In this document: in pieces, positions 19,132 to 31,758 of the stretch
Position numbering within the stretch: position 1 is the stretch's first letter
Layout of the letters: each line of letters starts with the position of its first letter
From: Pseudomonadales bacterium
Lineage (GTDB): Bacteria; Pseudomonadota; Gammaproteobacteria; Pseudomonadales; JAUIET01
Length of the DNA stretch: 64,000 bases
Assembly (NCBI GenBank): GCA_037969395.1
Contig: JBBKXJ010000018.1
Location: 20,108-84,107 of the forward strand
Direction of reading: 5' to 3'
Position numbers and translations under genes: made by a program
The notes under the pieces: model-generated
What the model saw: only the letters and a program-made list of their open reading frames with translations
Told to the model about the DNA's origin: nothing
Databases searched by the model: none

Positions 19132-19953
19132 TCAGTCTGTTAATTGCGCCAGTTCAACCGAACGCTGTTCGGCGGCGCGTAACGCTATCTTAAATAATTC
19201 GCGCAGTCCACCATCTTCCAGCGCGGCAATCGCACGCTCGGTGGTGCCTCCCGGTGAGGTGACGCGGCGGCGCAGTTCGGCGGCATCCACATCGCTTTGC
19301 TGCGCCATTGTTGCCGCGCCCAATGCCGTTTGTATAATCAGCTGTCTGCTTAGCTCGGGATCAAGGCCCATTGCTTCGGCGCTCTCTTGCATGGCTTCCA
19401 TTACCAGAAAAAAATACGCCGGCCCGCTGCCAGATACGGCAGTTACTGCATCCAACTCGCTTTCATTATTGACCCAGGCGCTGACCCCGACGGCGTTAAG
19501 GATTGTTTCCGCTGCCTGCCGTTGCGCGTCGCTCACGTGGCTATTTGCAAACAGGCCGGTAGCGCCGCATTGCACCAGCGCTGGAATGTTAGGCATGCAG
19601 CGCACAATAGCTACCTCGTCACCCAACCATTGCTGCAGGCTCGCCAGTGGAATGCCTGCCGCAATGGAAACCACCAGACTTTGCTGTTTCTGTACAAGAG
19701 CGCTTATTTCAGCGGCTGCGGTTTGCAGCACCTGCGGTTTTACAGCCAGCACTACCACGTCTGCCGCTTTTACTGCCTCGCTGTTGGAGTTGCTGATAGC
19801 GATCGCGAAATCGCTGCTCAGCTTATCCAGGCTGGGTTGATAGGGGTCGGCTGCACTGATGTTGCTGGCTTTAAAACCTTGTTTTACCAGGCCACCAATT
19901 AAAGCGCCGGCCATATTGCCGGCGCCAATAAATGCGAGTTTTGTATCTTTCAC
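19132..19953 (-). CDS. proC: Pyrroline-5-carboxylate reductase
   Basis: Track ORF runs to 20058. The in-frame GTG 19953 gives (M)KDTKLAFIGAGNMAGALIGGL, a Rossmann motif, and a typical length of 273 aa. Confidence 0.9.
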   Translation of the reverse strand: MKDTKLAFIGAGNMAGALIGGLVKQGFKASNISAADPYQPSLDKLSSDFAIAISNSNSEAVKAADVVVLAVKPQVLQTAAAEISALVQKQQSLVVSIAAGIPLASLQQWLGDEVAIVRCMPNIPALVQCGATGLFANSHVSDAQRQAAETILNAVGVSAWVNNESELDAVTAVSGSGPAYFFLVMEAMQESAEAMGLDPELSRQLIIQTALGAATMAQQSDVDAAELRRRVTSPGGTTERAIAALEDGGLRELFKIALRAAEQRSVELAQLTD

Positions 19954-19984
19954 GACAAACCCTTTATCAATCAAAAAAAAGTAG

Positions 19985-20671
19985 TTAAGCCGGCCGCGGA
20001 CCAAACAGCGCCTGGCCGATGCGCAGCATTGTAGCACCCGCGGCGATAGCCGCTTCAAGATCGTGGGACATGCCCATCGACAAGGTATCGAGCTGCATGC
20101 CGTTGTTATTCAGGCGATCGAAAAGCGCTTTCAGTTGAGCGAATGTCTGTATCTGCTGCTCGAAGTCGCTGCTGGCGCGCGGAACCGCCATCAGGCCACG
20201 TAATTTCAGGCGGGGTAGTTCTGTGATTTGTCGCGCCAGCTGTTCGGCTGCGGCGGGCGCAATGCCGTCTTTGCTCTCTTCCTCACTTATATTGACCTGG
20301 ACGCACACATTTAGCGGTGCGAGTTCCTCCGGGCGCTGATCACTGAGGCGCCTGGCCAGCTTCAGTCGGTCGACGCTGTGTACCCAATCGAAATGCTGCG
20401 CCACCGGCCGGGTTTTATTGGTTTGTATGTGACCAATGAAATGCCACTTTAGATCTAGGTCAGCTAGCCGCTCAAGTTTGGGCAGCGCATCCTGCAGGTA
20501 GTTCTCACCAAATTCGCGCACGCCCAGCGCAGCAAGCTCGCGTATCGCATCGACTGGCTGCTGCTTGCTGACCGCCAGTATTTGTACCTTGTTTGATCGG
20601 TTCGGTGAGTTCTCCAATGCCGCCGCCACCCGCGACTGCACCTTGATCAAATTGTCCGCAATATTGCCCAT
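19985..20671 (-). CDS. yggS: YggS family pyridoxal-phosphate homeostasis protein
   Basis: Contains ILAVSKQQP, with the PLP lysine, and the alanine-racemase N-terminal fold. 228 aa. Confidence 0.9.
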   Translation of the reverse strand: MGNIADNLIKVQSRVAAALENSPNRSNKVQILAVSKQQPVDAIRELAALGVREFGENYLQDALPKLERLADLDLKWHFIGHIQTNKTRPVAQHFDWVHSVDRLKLARRLSDQRPEELAPLNVCVQVNISEEESKDGIAPAAAEQLARQITELPRLKLRGLMAVPRASSDFEQQIQTFAQLKALFDRLNNNGMQLDTLSMGMSHDLEAAIAAGATMLRIGQALFGPRPA

Positions 20672-20772
20672 ACAGTGATTTATCGCTCCGCCAGCAAAGC
20701 GGACAATTATAGCCTAAGCTTTTTGTAGATCTTTCGTTCTTATGCACGAAACAAACATATAACAGGAGCATC

Positions 20773-21807
20773 ATGGACATTACCGAACTGCTTGCCTTCA
20801 GTGCAAAACAAGGCGCATCTGACCTGCATTTATCCGCCGGCTTGCCACCAATGATTCGCGTTGACGGCGATGTGCGACGCATCAATCTGCCCGCCATGGA
20901 GCATAAGGAAGTCCATCAGCTCATTTACGACATCATGAACGACAAGCAGCGTAAGGACTACGAAGAGTTTCTTGAAACCGACTTTTCGTTTGAAGTGCCG
21001 GGCGTGGCGCGCTTCCGGGTTAACTCGTTTAACCAGAACCGTGGCGCCGGCGCCGTATTCCGGACCATTCCTTCCAAGGTATTGAGTATGGAAGACCTGG
21101 GCATGGGCCAGGTGTTTCGCGACGTCAGCATGGTGCCGCGTGGCCTGTGTCTGGTTACCGGTCCTACCGGCTCGGGTAAAAGCACGACCCTGGCGGCGAT
21201 GATCGATTACATCAACGAAAATAAATACGAACATATTCTGACCATCGAAGACCCGATCGAATTCGTTCACGAGAGCAAAAAATGCCTGGTTAACCAGCGC
21301 GAAGTACACCGCGACACGCACGGCTTCAGCGAAGCCTTACGCTCGGCGCTGCGGGAAGATCCTGACATTATTCTGGTCGGCGAGCTACGTGACCTGGAAA
21401 CCATCCGCCTGGCGCTGACCGCGGCGGAAACCGGTCATCTGGTGTTTGGCACTTTGCACACCACCTCGGCGGCTAAAACCATCGACCGTATCGTTGACGT
21501 ATTTCCCGGCGAAGAAAAAGCCATGGTGCGCTCCATGCTATCGGAATCGCTGCAGGCGGTAGTGTCGCAAACGCTGATGAAAAAAGTCGGAGGTGGTCGA
21601 ATTGCCGCCCACGAAATCATGATCGGTACGCCGGCTATTCGTAACCTGATTCGTGAAGATAAGGTCGCGCAGATGTATTCGGCAATTCAAACCGGCGCAT
21701 CGGTTGGCATGCAGACTATTGATCAATGCCTGCAGGAAATGGTCGATAAACGTCTGATTACCCGCGATGCGGCGCGTGAAAAAGCCAAGTCTCCGGAAAG
21801 TTTTTAA
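20773..21807 (+). CDS. pilT: Type IV pilus retraction ATPase PilT
   Basis: Begins MDITELLAFSAKQGASDLHLSAG. Walker A is GPTGSGKST. It also has LVFGTLHT and the AIRNLIRE motif. Confidence 0.95.
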   Translation: MDITELLAFSAKQGASDLHLSAGLPPMIRVDGDVRRINLPAMEHKEVHQLIYDIMNDKQRKDYEEFLETDFSFEVPGVARFRVNSFNQNRGAGAVFRTIPSKVLSMEDLGMGQVFRDVSMVPRGLCLVTGPTGSGKSTTLAAMIDYINENKYEHILTIEDPIEFVHESKKCLVNQREVHRDTHGFSEALRSALREDPDIILVGELRDLETIRLALTAAETGHLVFGTLHTTSAAKTIDRIVDVFPGEEKAMVRSMLSESLQAVVSQTLMKKVGGGRIAAHEIMIGTPAIRNLIREDKVAQMYSAIQTGASVGMQTIDQCLQEMVDKRLITRDAAREKAKSPESF

Positions 21808-21834
21808 TTCAATAACACTGATAGGTTAGCAACT

Positions 21835-22977
21835 GTGGATATACATAAATTATTGTCTTTGATGGTCGAAAAAGGCGCGTCCGATTTGTTCATAACTGCC
21901 GGCGTGGCGCCCAGCATAAAAGTTCATGGCAAGGTGGAGCCGGTCTCGGACACGCCGCTAAGCCCGGAAAAGACCCGCGAGACAGTGCTTGGTGTGATGA
22001 ACGACAAACAGCGCAAGGAATTCCTCGAGCAGCATGAATGCAACTTTGCCATCAGCGCGCGCGGTACCGGCAGGTTTCGAGTCAGCGCGTTTTACCAGCG
22101 TAATCTAATGGGCATGGTGCTGCGTCGTATCGAAACGACTATACCGACCATTGAAGACCTGTCCTTGCCAGAGATCATAAAGGACTTGTCGATGACCAAG
22201 CGCGGACTGATCGTATTCGTGGGCGCCACCGGCGCCGGTAAGTCGACCTCGCTGGCGTCGATGATCGGCCACCGCAATCGCAATTCCACCGGCCACATTA
22301 TCAGCGTGGAAGACCCAATCGAGTATATCCACCAACATGCTTCCTGCATCGTTACCCAGCGTGAAGTCGGCATCGATACCGACTCGTTTGAAATAGCGCT
22401 GAAAAACATGCTGCGCCAGGCACCCGACGTCATCATGATCGGCGAGGTGCGTACCCGCGAAACCATGGAGCACGCCATTACCTTCGCCGAAACCGGTCAC
22501 CTGTGCCTGTGTACGCTGCACGCCAACAATGCTAACCAGGCGCTGGACCGCATCCTCCACTTTTTCCCGCCCGAACGCCACGGCCAGCTGTGGATGGACC
22601 TATCGCTTAACCTCAAGGCCATGGTCGCACAGCAATTGGTGCCAACCGCCGACGGCACTGGCCGCCGCGCTGTCGTAGAAGTGTTATTAAACACGCCGCT
22701 GGCACAGGACCTGATTCGTAAGGGCGAAGTCCACTCTTTGAAAGAGTTGATGAAAAAGTCCAACGAACAAGGCATGCAAACCTTTGACCAGGCGCTGTAC
22801 GAGCTTTTCAAGGACGGTGAGATCACTTATGAGGACGCATTGGTACACGCCGACTCGGCCAACGATTTGCGTCTGATGATCAAACTTGGCGACGAAAATC
22901 TGAACTACGACAGCGCTAATGACAAGTTGAGTATGCAGGCAGAGGAGTCGCCGGCGCAGAACTTTATGCGGCGTTAA
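21835..22977 (+). CDS. pilU: Type IV pilus ATPase PilU
   Basis: PilT paralog with GATGAGKST and CLCTLHANN, immediately downstream of pilT. Confidence 0.9.
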   Translation: MDIHKLLSLMVEKGASDLFITAGVAPSIKVHGKVEPVSDTPLSPEKTRETVLGVMNDKQRKEFLEQHECNFAISARGTGRFRVSAFYQRNLMGMVLRRIETTIPTIEDLSLPEIIKDLSMTKRGLIVFVGATGAGKSTSLASMIGHRNRNSTGHIISVEDPIEYIHQHASCIVTQREVGIDTDSFEIALKNMLRQAPDVIMIGEVRTRETMEHAITFAETGHLCLCTLHANNANQALDRILHFFPPERHGQLWMDLSLNLKAMVAQQLVPTADGTGRRAVVEVLLNTPLAQDLIRKGEVHSLKELMKKSNEQGMQTFDQALYELFKDGEITYEDALVHADSANDLRLMIKLGDENLNYDSANDKLSMQAEESPAQNFMRR

Positions 22978-22995
22978 ATTCACGCTTAACTCTTA

Positions 22996-23025
22996 TTGCA
23001 AAACCCCTCGATAGCTGCGTATACT
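22996..23025 (+). promoter_or_regulatory. Candidate sigma70 promoter of the thi operon
   Basis: TTGCAA (22996-23001), 18-nt spacer, TATACT (23020-23025). This places the TSS just before the riboswitch P1. Confidence 0.4.
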
Positions 23026-23032
23026 CTTCGCA

Positions 23033-23137
23033 GCTTGTCGGGGTGCTGTTGTTTGGTTTAAGTGTAAGCTTGCCAAACAATGCTGAGAAAATACCCGCAC
23101 GACCTGATCAGGATAATGCCTGCGCAGGGAACCAAGT
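23033..23137 (+). promoter_or_regulatory. TPP (THI-box) riboswitch
   Basis: Conserved core is GGGGTGC...GCTGAGAAAATACCC...GACCTGATCAGGATAATGCCTGCGCAGGGA. P1 pairs 23033-23037 with 23133-23137. It lies directly upstream of thiC. Confidence 0.9.
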
Positions 23138-23215
23138 ACAGCAATTCAATTGAGCGCAGTTTTCGATAACGACCTCTCTTCGATTTGCCTGGCAAGCCCG
23201 ATTTTTAATCAATGA

Positions 23216-25177
<1,962 letters not shown>

Positions 25178-25182
25178 CAGGA

Positions 25183-26295
25183 GTGAGCGACAAAATAGCG
25201 ATCGTCGGTGCGGGTCTCATTGGCCGCTTGCTAGCCTGGCAACTGTTAAAACATCGTTGCCAGGTTGATTTATATGACCGGGACCAGGGCGACGCAAGCC
25301 AGTCAGCCGCTGCTATTGCCGCCGCGATGCTGGCACCTGTCAGTGAAGCAGTTGATGCTGAACCGGTTGTCTACCGGCAAGGATTAGCGGCACTGGGTAT
25401 ATGGAAAACCTGGGTCGATGAATTAAATCTGACAACTTCCATTGCTACCGAATTGAACGTCAACGGTAGTATCGTCGTTAGCCACCGCCAGGATCAGGGT
25501 GACTTTCAACGCTTTGTGCAGCGGCTACGGTCGCATGCTGATATACGCAATAACAGTTTTGGCATAATCAATAAATCACAGCTAAGTCAGCTGGAGCCTG
25601 AACTGTGCGAGAACTTTGCCAGCGCCTGTTATCTTGAAGACGAAGGCTGCCTCGATAATAGCGCCCTGTTGGAAGCGTTAGCTGCAGCGATCACGCAGCG
25701 CGGAGGCCGCTGGCACTACTCTCATCAGGTAACACACTTGCGCGCTGACAACTGCATGCAAGTGTTTGCCGGTGTCGATCGCATCATCGATTGCCGGGGT
25801 TTTGGAGCACGGGAGGATACGCAGTCGCTGCGCGGCGTGCGTGGTGAGGTGATTCGTGTGTTTGCGCCGGAGGTTTATTTATCGCGTCCTGTGCGTTTAA
25901 TGCATCCTCGCTATAAGCTTTATATCGCTCCCAAGCCGGGGCACGAATATGTTATTGGCGCGACCCAAATCGAAAGTGAATCCGAACACCCTGTTACCGT
26001 TCGTTCAGGCCTCGAATTGTTATCCGCCTTATACAGCGTGCATACGGGTTTTAGTGAGGCGGAAATTTTATCGCAAAGCGCGCGTTGCCGGCCTGCGTTT
26101 GCAGATAACCTGCCGGCAATTCGCCAGCAAGGCGAGTTTGTCAGTATTAATGGCCTGTACCGTCACGGTTATTTGCTGTCGCCCGTGGTGATACAACAAG
26201 CGCTGGGGGCTATGGGTTACAGCGAGGAGCAACCCTGGCCTGCTATTCTCAGCGCGTCGACTCGCCATTTTAACGAACAACAGGGGGCCGCATGA
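25183..26295 (+). CDS. thiO: Glycine oxidase ThiO (FAD-dependent)
   Basis: GTG start. IAIVGAGLIGRLLAW is the FAD-binding GxGxxG motif. It sits between thiC and thiS. Confidence 0.85.
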   Translation: MSDKIAIVGAGLIGRLLAWQLLKHRCQVDLYDRDQGDASQSAAAIAAAMLAPVSEAVDAEPVVYRQGLAALGIWKTWVDELNLTTSIATELNVNGSIVVSHRQDQGDFQRFVQRLRSHADIRNNSFGIINKSQLSQLEPELCENFASACYLEDEGCLDNSALLEALAAAITQRGGRWHYSHQVTHLRADNCMQVFAGVDRIIDCRGFGAREDTQSLRGVRGEVIRVFAPEVYLSRPVRLMHPRYKLYIAPKPGHEYVIGATQIESESEHPVTVRSGLELLSALYSVHTGFSEAEILSQSARCRPAFADNLPAIRQQGEFVSINGLYRHGYLLSPVVIQQALGAMGYSEEQPWPAILSASTRHFNEQQGAA

Positions 26296-26495
26296 TTGAA
26301 GTGTCAATCAACGATGAAAGTAAAACGTGTTCAGTCGATACGACAATTAAAACGTTACTGGAAAGCTGCGGCTTTGCAAGTGACCAAATCGCCGTTGCAG
26401 TCAACGCCGAATTTGTGCCGCGTAGTAATTATACCAGCCGCCGATTAAACACTGGTGACCAGGTCGAAGTGCTAGTGCCGGTACAGGGCGGTTGA
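26292..26495 (+). CDS. thiS: Sulfur carrier protein ThiS
   Basis: 67 aa ending ...VEVLVPVQGG, a ubiquitin-like protein with a C-terminal GG. Confidence 0.9.
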   Translation: MIEVSINDESKTCSVDTTIKTLLESCGFASDQIAVAVNAEFVPRSNYTSRRLNTGDQVEVLVPVQGG

Positions 26496-26521
26496 AGGGC
26501 GGCTAACAATGGAGAGTCTTC

Positions 26522-27310
26522 GTGGTTGACCTGGTTACCTTTTACGACCAATCCTTCGCCAGCCGGTTCTTGATCGGCTCGGCTTTATACCCCTCACCGC
26601 AAATTATGGCTGCGGCGGTAAAAGCCTCGGGCGCGAACATCATCACTCTGTCGCTGCGTCGTCAGTCACCGGAAAAACAGGGTGGTAAAAGCTATTGGGA
26701 ATTTATTCAGGAGCTTGGCTGCACCTTGCTGCCGAATACTGCAGGCTGCCACAGCGCCAAAGAAGCCGTTACACTGGCAAAAATGTCGCGTGATTTATTC
26801 CACAGCGACTGGATAAAACTGGAAGTGATTGGCGACGCTTACAATCTACAGCCCGACCCCTTCGGCCTGCTGGAAGCTGCAGCCGAGTTAATCCAGGACG
26901 GCTTTAAAGTTTTCCCTTATTGCACTGATGATCTGGTGGTATGCCAAAAATTACTCGACGTCGGCTGTGAAGTATTGATGCCGTGGGGTTCGCCTATTGG
27001 CACCGGTAAAGGCCTGATAAACCCCTATGCGTTGCAAACAATTCGTGAGCGCCTGACCGATGTTACTTTGGTGATAGATGCCGGTATTGGCTTGCCTTCA
27101 CACGCCTGCCAGGCAATGGAGTTGGGCTATGATGCGGTGTTACTTAATACCGCCGTTGCCGAAGCGCGCGACCAGGCTAACATGGCGCAGGCTTTCAAGC
27201 ACGCCATCGCCGCCGGCCGTAGCGCCTATCTTGCCGGTGCGGTCACTGAGCGACAAACCGCTAAGCCGAGCACTCCCACGCTGGGTATGCCTTTTTGGCA
27301 TCAACAATAA
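26522..27310 (+). CDS. thiG: Thiazole synthase
   Basis: 262 aa TIM barrel containing ...TLLPNTAGC...[13 protein letters not shown]...VIDAGIG... Confidence 0.93.
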   Translation: MVDLVTFYDQSFASRFLIGSALYPSPQIMAAAVKASGANIITLSLRRQSPEKQGGKSYWEFIQELGCTLLPNTAGCHSAKEAVTLAKMSRDLFHSDWIKLEVIGDAYNLQPDPFGLLEAAAELIQDGFKVFPYCTDDLVVCQKLLDVGCEVLMPWGSPIGTGKGLINPYALQTIRERLTDVTLVIDAGIGLPSHACQAMELGYDAVLLNTAVAEARDQANMAQAFKHAIAAGRSAYLAGAVTERQTAKPSTPTLGMPFWHQQ

Positions 27311-27331
27311 CTCTTCTGCCGCAGTAACGTT

Positions 27332-28795
27332 ATGACAGCAAAAAATCTGAAGCCTATTGTGTGCGCCATTGCCGGTTCCGACTGTAGCGGTGGGGCCGGT
27401 GTGCAGGCCGACAACCAGGTCATTCAGGCGTTCGACTGTTTTGCCACTAATATAATCACGGCGGTGACCGCGCAAAATAGTCAATCTGTTAGTGCTGTTG
27501 AAACTTCTGCGCTGATCGATGCGCAGTGGCAGGCGTTGCAGCAGGAATATCCTGCCGACGTGTTTAAACTTGGTATGTTAGCCGGCCAGGCAACGGTGCA
27601 GCAACTCACCGAGTTGCTCAAAACGAACGTAAAACCGGTGATTTGCGACCCCGTTTTACAGGCTTCCAATGGCGCGGAGCTAATTGACAATAGCGAAGCT
27701 TATCTTACCCTGCTGCAGCACGTCGATGTATTGATACCCAATCAGCAGGAATTTCAGCGCCTGTTTGCGATTAAGCTAACTAGTGCCGAACAGTTACAGA
27801 AACATGCCTTACACGTTAGTCAGCAGTATCAGCTAAATCTGATTATCACCGGCGGCGAGAACCTGTTTAACAGCCAAAAGGCGGCCGATTTGTGCATTAT
27901 TAATGGCCATTGTTTCTGGATGCTGTCGCCAATGCGCAGCGGCAACAATACCCATGGCACCGGCTGTAGTTTCAGTTCTGCCTATGCATCAGCTATAGCT
28001 TGTGGTTATGAAGGCATTGATGCCGCCGTGTTAGCCAAGGCGTATATCAACCAGGCACTTGCCAACAGTGCTGACGTCAATCGCGAGCAAGGGGCTAAAG
28101 GACCACTTGCGCATGCGGGTTTCCCCTGTGCAATAGACTTTCTGCCAACTATTGCAGCCAACAACCCGCTGCCGCTGGCGAATTTCCCTGCTATCAAGCA
28201 GCAACTCGGTGTGTATCCTGTCGTTGACAACATCGACTGGTTGGAGAAATGTTTGGCTGAGGGCGTTAACACTTTACAGCTGAGAGTTAAGGATAAAACC
28301 GAACAGCAATTAGATGAATTAGTCGCCAGGGCCAGCCGCCTGGGAAGAGAATATAAAGCGCGTCTGTTTATTAACGATTACTGGCAGTTAGCAATTAAAC
28401 ACCAGGCCTACGGCGTACACTTGGGGCACGAAGATCTGGACAGCGCCGATACTGCGGCGATTAACGCGGCCGGTTTGCATTTGGGCATCAGCACCCATAG
28501 CTGGTATGAAATAGCCCGCGCCCATAGCTACCAGCCGAGTTACATTGCCATAGGCCCTATCTATGCGACCACCACCAAGCTGATGCGCTTTGCTCCACAG
28601 GGGATAGCGCAACTCAGGCAGTGGGTAACGATGCTTGGCGATCGTTATCCGCTGGTCGCTATGGGTGGCATTGACCTGGCGAATACAGAGGAGGTGTTAA
28701 GCACCGGTGTCGGCAGCGTCGCGATGGTGCGCGCCGTTACCGAAGCGGGTAATTACCGTCAAGCCATTGCCGATTTCCAGCAATTATTGAATTAG
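27332..28795 (+). CDS. thiDE: Fused hydroxymethylpyrimidine/phosphomethylpyrimidine kinase (ThiD) and thiamine-phosphate synthase (ThiE)
   Basis: The N-terminal half has IAGSDCSGGAGVQAD...HGTGCSFSSA (ThiD). The C-terminal half has VYPVVDN...LQLRVKDK...GPIYATTTK...MGGI (ThiE). Confidence 0.9.
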   Translation: MTAKNLKPIVCAIAGSDCSGGAGVQADNQVIQAFDCFATNIITAVTAQNSQSVSAVETSALIDAQWQALQQEYPADVFKLGMLAGQATVQQLTELLKTNVKPVICDPVLQASNGAELIDNSEAYLTLLQHVDVLIPNQQEFQRLFAIKLTSAEQLQKHALHVSQQYQLNLIITGGENLFNSQKAADLCIINGHCFWMLSPMRSGNNTHGTGCSFSSAYASAIACGYEGIDAAVLAKAYINQALANSADVNREQGAKGPLAHAGFPCAIDFLPTIAANNPLPLANFPAIKQQLGVYPVVDNIDWLEKCLAEGVNTLQLRVKDKTEQQLDELVARASRLGREYKARLFINDYWQLAIKHQAYGVHLGHEDLDSADTAAINAAGLHLGISTHSWYEIARAHSYQPSYIAIGPIYATTTKLMRFAPQGIAQLRQWVTMLGDRYPLVAMGGIDLANTEEVLSTGVGSVAMVRAVTEAGNYRQAIADFQQLLN

Positions 28796-28835
28796 CATTG
28801 TCTGGTGGCTGATCACTGGTCTAATGAAGGTCGCG

Positions 28836-29279
28836 TTAGTTTAGCGCCAGCCAGGTCTGCAGAATAAGCTGCGCCGCAATACTGTCAATCGGCCGCTTAC
28901 GGTAGTTTCGCTTTTTGTTGCCTCCAAACTTGTTGCCTTCAAGCTCTGCCAGCTGACTTTTAGCTTCATGGCTGGACAAGCGCTCGTCCACCAGTTCAAC
29001 CGGTAAGTTAAACCGCCCCTCCAGCTGGCGCGCAAAACGCCTTGCCCGCTCGCTCATACTGCTGCTGGAGCCGTCCATATTCAGTGGTTCTCCCACCAGC
29101 AGTAATTGCGGTTGCCATTCTTGCAACAAAGCTTCGACCGCTTTCCAGTCAGGCTTGCCGTCGCTGGCGCGAATAATTGGTAGCGGTGAGATAATGGTTG
29201 TTGCTTGTTGCAGCAGGGCGACACCAATTTGTTTTAAGCCGTAATCGAAACACAGCACAGTTCGCCGTGGTTCAGGCAT
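28836..29279 (-). CDS. ruvX: Putative pre-16S rRNA nuclease / Holliday junction resolvase-like RuvX (YqgF)
   Basis: VLCFDYGLKQIGVAL...LLLVGEPLNMDGS, an RNase H-fold YqgF signature. Confidence 0.9.
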   Translation of the reverse strand: MPEPRRTVLCFDYGLKQIGVALLQQATTIISPLPIIRASDGKPDWKAVEALLQEWQPQLLLVGEPLNMDGSSSSMSERARRFARQLEGRFNLPVELVDERLSSHEAKSQLAELEGNKFGGNKKRNYRKRPIDSIAAQLILQTWLALN

Positions 29280-29838
29280 GGCCGGCGTTGGTGGTCAGCA
29301 AATTAATATCGAAGCCAAGTTTACGCGCGGCAGCAGCGACGCGTTGTTCAAAAGGTGTATCGAAAATAATGCTCGCATCGGCGGGCAACGTCAGCCAGGC
29401 GTTGTCGGCCAGCTCCTGCTCAAGTTGATCCGCGCCCCAGCCGGCATAGCCAATAATAACCAAAGCCCCCGGGGGGCCTTCATCGCGCGCCATGGCGGTT
29501 AGAATGTCGCTCGACATGGTCAGGCTCACGTCGGCACTTACGTCCAGTGTGGACTTCCACGTTGTGCCGACACGATGCAGCACGAAACCGCGTTCCATCT
29601 CGACCGGCCCTCCGATTAACACGGGATGGGTGGTGCAGGCAGATGCGCTTTCGAGTTCGAGCTGGGAGAACACATCGGCCAGGGTTAAATCCAGCGGCCG
29701 GTTAATCACCAGACCCGCCGCGCCGTGTTCGTTATGGTCAAACACATAGGTCAAACTATGCGCAAAAATGGAATCCTGCAGGCAGGGCATAGCCAGTAAA
29801 AAATGGTTTTTCAAACTGGCGAGGGGCTGCGACTTCAT
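29272..29838 (-). CDS. yqgE: YqgE/AlgH family protein
   Basis: 188 aa with LLAMPCLQDSIFAHSLTYVFDHNEHGAAGLVINRP. It overlaps the ruvX start. Confidence 0.88.
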   Translation of the reverse strand: MKSQPLASLKNHFLLAMPCLQDSIFAHSLTYVFDHNEHGAAGLVINRPLDLTLADVFSQLELESASACTTHPVLIGGPVEMERGFVLHRVGTTWKSTLDVSADVSLTMSSDILTAMARDEGPPGALVIIGYAGWGADQLEQELADNAWLTLPADASIIFDTPFEQRVAAAARKLGFDINLLTTNAGHA

Positions 29839-29891
29839 GCAGCCATTATTGGCCGCCGCTATAGCAGGCGCAAGGATTTTCTAGGGACATT

Positions 29892-30788
29892 TCAGGAACG
29901 TCGCGCGCGCACTCTATCCTTGCGAAACTGCCAGGTGCGCACGATTTCGAGCTGGTCAATTTCCTGCTGCATTTCTACGCTGAAGGGTTCGTATGGGGCT
30001 GCCAGCTTGACGATTTTTATCGCAGCAAGATCCAGCACGTCGTGACCGGAAGACTTAAGAATTTCAACCCGCTCGACGGCGCCGTTGGGGCTGAGCACCA
30101 CCAGCAAGCGCAAATCACCATACACTTTTTGCGCCAGCGCTTCTCGTGGATAATTCTGGTTGCCAAGCAGTTCGATTTTACGCTCCCATTTGAGCAGGTA
30201 GCGTGCGTCCATCGCCTTTTTGGTCGACACTGAGGTGATGCGGCGCACGCGTGGCCGCTTGGCGGCGTCTTCTTTCAGGTCGCTGAGTCTGGCTGCCAGT
30301 GAGGCAATTTCGCTGGCCAGCTTCCGGTTAGATTCGCTCTCATTACTGTTTTCGGCCAGTTTCTGTTGCTGCGCATCGCTTTGCAACACCTGCCGTTTGG
30401 CTTTGCCGGTGGTGTAAACCAGGTTGCTCAGCTGTTGTTTCTGAGTAACGCTGCGTTGCTCGGCGTGTTGCTGATTAACGTCGCGCACCCTGGTATCCTG
30501 AAACTCGGCCAGCTCGGGCGCCGACAGCAGTGCTTTTTCCAACGCAGCACCGCTGGCCTGCTGATCGCGGTCGGCTGCATAGTCGGCTTTACCGGGATTT
30601 TTTTCGTGTTTGAACTGCGCCAGCGTCACTTCCAGCTGCGGTGCTTTAGCGGACTGCTTTTCCTGGGAGAAACCAATGCCGAGAATTAACGCCGCATGCA
30701 ATGCCAGTGCAAACGAAAATGCCGTGCCCAGACGGTCCGGGTTAAACGATGCATAGCCGGTGTTGTCGATGACGCTTGCGCTGTTCAT
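29892..30788 (-). CDS. TonB-family protein (C-terminal TonB domain; PA0406/TonB3-like position)
   Basis: N-terminal TM segment AFSFALALHAALILGIGF, a long charged middle region, and the C-terminal domain YPREALAQKVYGDLRLLVVLSPNGAVERVEILKSSGHDVLD. It sits between yqgE and gshB. Confidence 0.75.
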   Translation of the reverse strand: MNSASVIDNTGYASFNPDRLGTAFSFALALHAALILGIGFSQEKQSAKAPQLEVTLAQFKHEKNPGKADYAADRDQQASGAALEKALLSAPELAEFQDTRVRDVNQQHAEQRSVTQKQQLSNLVYTTGKAKRQVLQSDAQQQKLAENSNESESNRKLASEIASLAARLSDLKEDAAKRPRVRRITSVSTKKAMDARYLLKWERKIELLGNQNYPREALAQKVYGDLRLLVVLSPNGAVERVEILKSSGHDVLDLAAIKIVKLAAPYEPFSVEMQQEIDQLEIVRTWQFRKDRVRARRS

Positions 30789-30807
30789 GTTAGTGCTCGG
30801 TTTACTT

Positions 30808-31758
30808 TTACTTTGCCAGTCGAGTGGCGATGCTATCCATCAGCTGCCCGGCGATGTCCAGGTCGTGCGCCGCATCCAGTTCGCGAATGCAGGTTGGGCT
30901 GGTGACGTTTATTTCGGTCAGATAATCGCCGATAACATCCACGCCGACGAACAATAACCCCTTCTCCTTTAAGAATGGCCCAATTTGTTCACAAATCCAG
31001 TAATCGCGGTCACTTAATTCACGCGCTTCGCCAGTCGCACCGGCGGCCAGATTGCCGCGCAGCTCACCCTTGGCAGGCACCCGCGCCAGTGCGTACGGCA
31101 CCGGTACGGAGTCAATCATTAGAATTCGCTTGTCGCCATTGACGATTTCAGGAATGTAACGTTGTGCCATAATGGTATTTTTACCATTGTTGGTTAATGA
31201 TTCGATAATTACACTCTGATTGGGATCACCGTCACGGACACGAAAAATATTAGTGCCGCCCATACCATCAAGTGGCTTGAAGATCACATCGTGGTATTGC
31301 TTCTGAAACTTTTTTAACAACGCCGCGTCGGCGCTAACGAGATGTTCGGGGCAACACTCGGGAAATAGAGTGGCCGCCATTTTTTCGTTGCAGTCGCGCA
31401 GGCTTTGTGGGCGATTAACAATGAGTGTGCCGAGCCGTTCGGCGGCTTCCAGAATATACGTTGTGTAAACGTATTCCATATCGAAAGGGGGATCGATACG
31501 CATCAACACCACATCGAGCATATTTAATGCGTGATCTTCGGGATCGGCCAGTTCAAACCAGTTGGCCGGGTTGCGTGATACCTTGAGCCTGCGCATCGAC
31601 GCGCGCGGCGATCCTCCTGTAAGATGCAGGTCATGTTGTTGAATATAATAAAGTTGCCAGCCCTTGCTCTGGGCGGCCCACAACATTGCCAGGGTACTGT
31701 CTTTTTTGTAATTGATGTTTTCGATGGGATCCATAACGACCCCAAGTGAGACGCTCAT
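30808..31758 (-). CDS. gshB: Glutathione synthetase
   Basis: 316 aa ATP-grasp protein with GVVMDPIENINYKKDST...MRIDPPFD... Confidence 0.95.
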   Translation of the reverse strand: MSVSLGVVMDPIENINYKKDSTLAMLWAAQSKGWQLYYIQQHDLHLTGGSPRASMRRLKVSRNPANWFELADPEDHALNMLDVVLMRIDPPFDMEYVYTTYILEAAERLGTLIVNRPQSLRDCNEKMAATLFPECCPEHLVSADAALLKKFQKQYHDVIFKPLDGMGGTNIFRVRDGDPNQSVIIESLTNNGKNTIMAQRYIPEIVNGDKRILMIDSVPVPYALARVPAKGELRGNLAAGATGEARELSDRDYWICEQIGPFLKEKGLLFVGVDVIGDYLTEINVTSPTCIRELDAAHDLDIAGQLMDSIATRLAK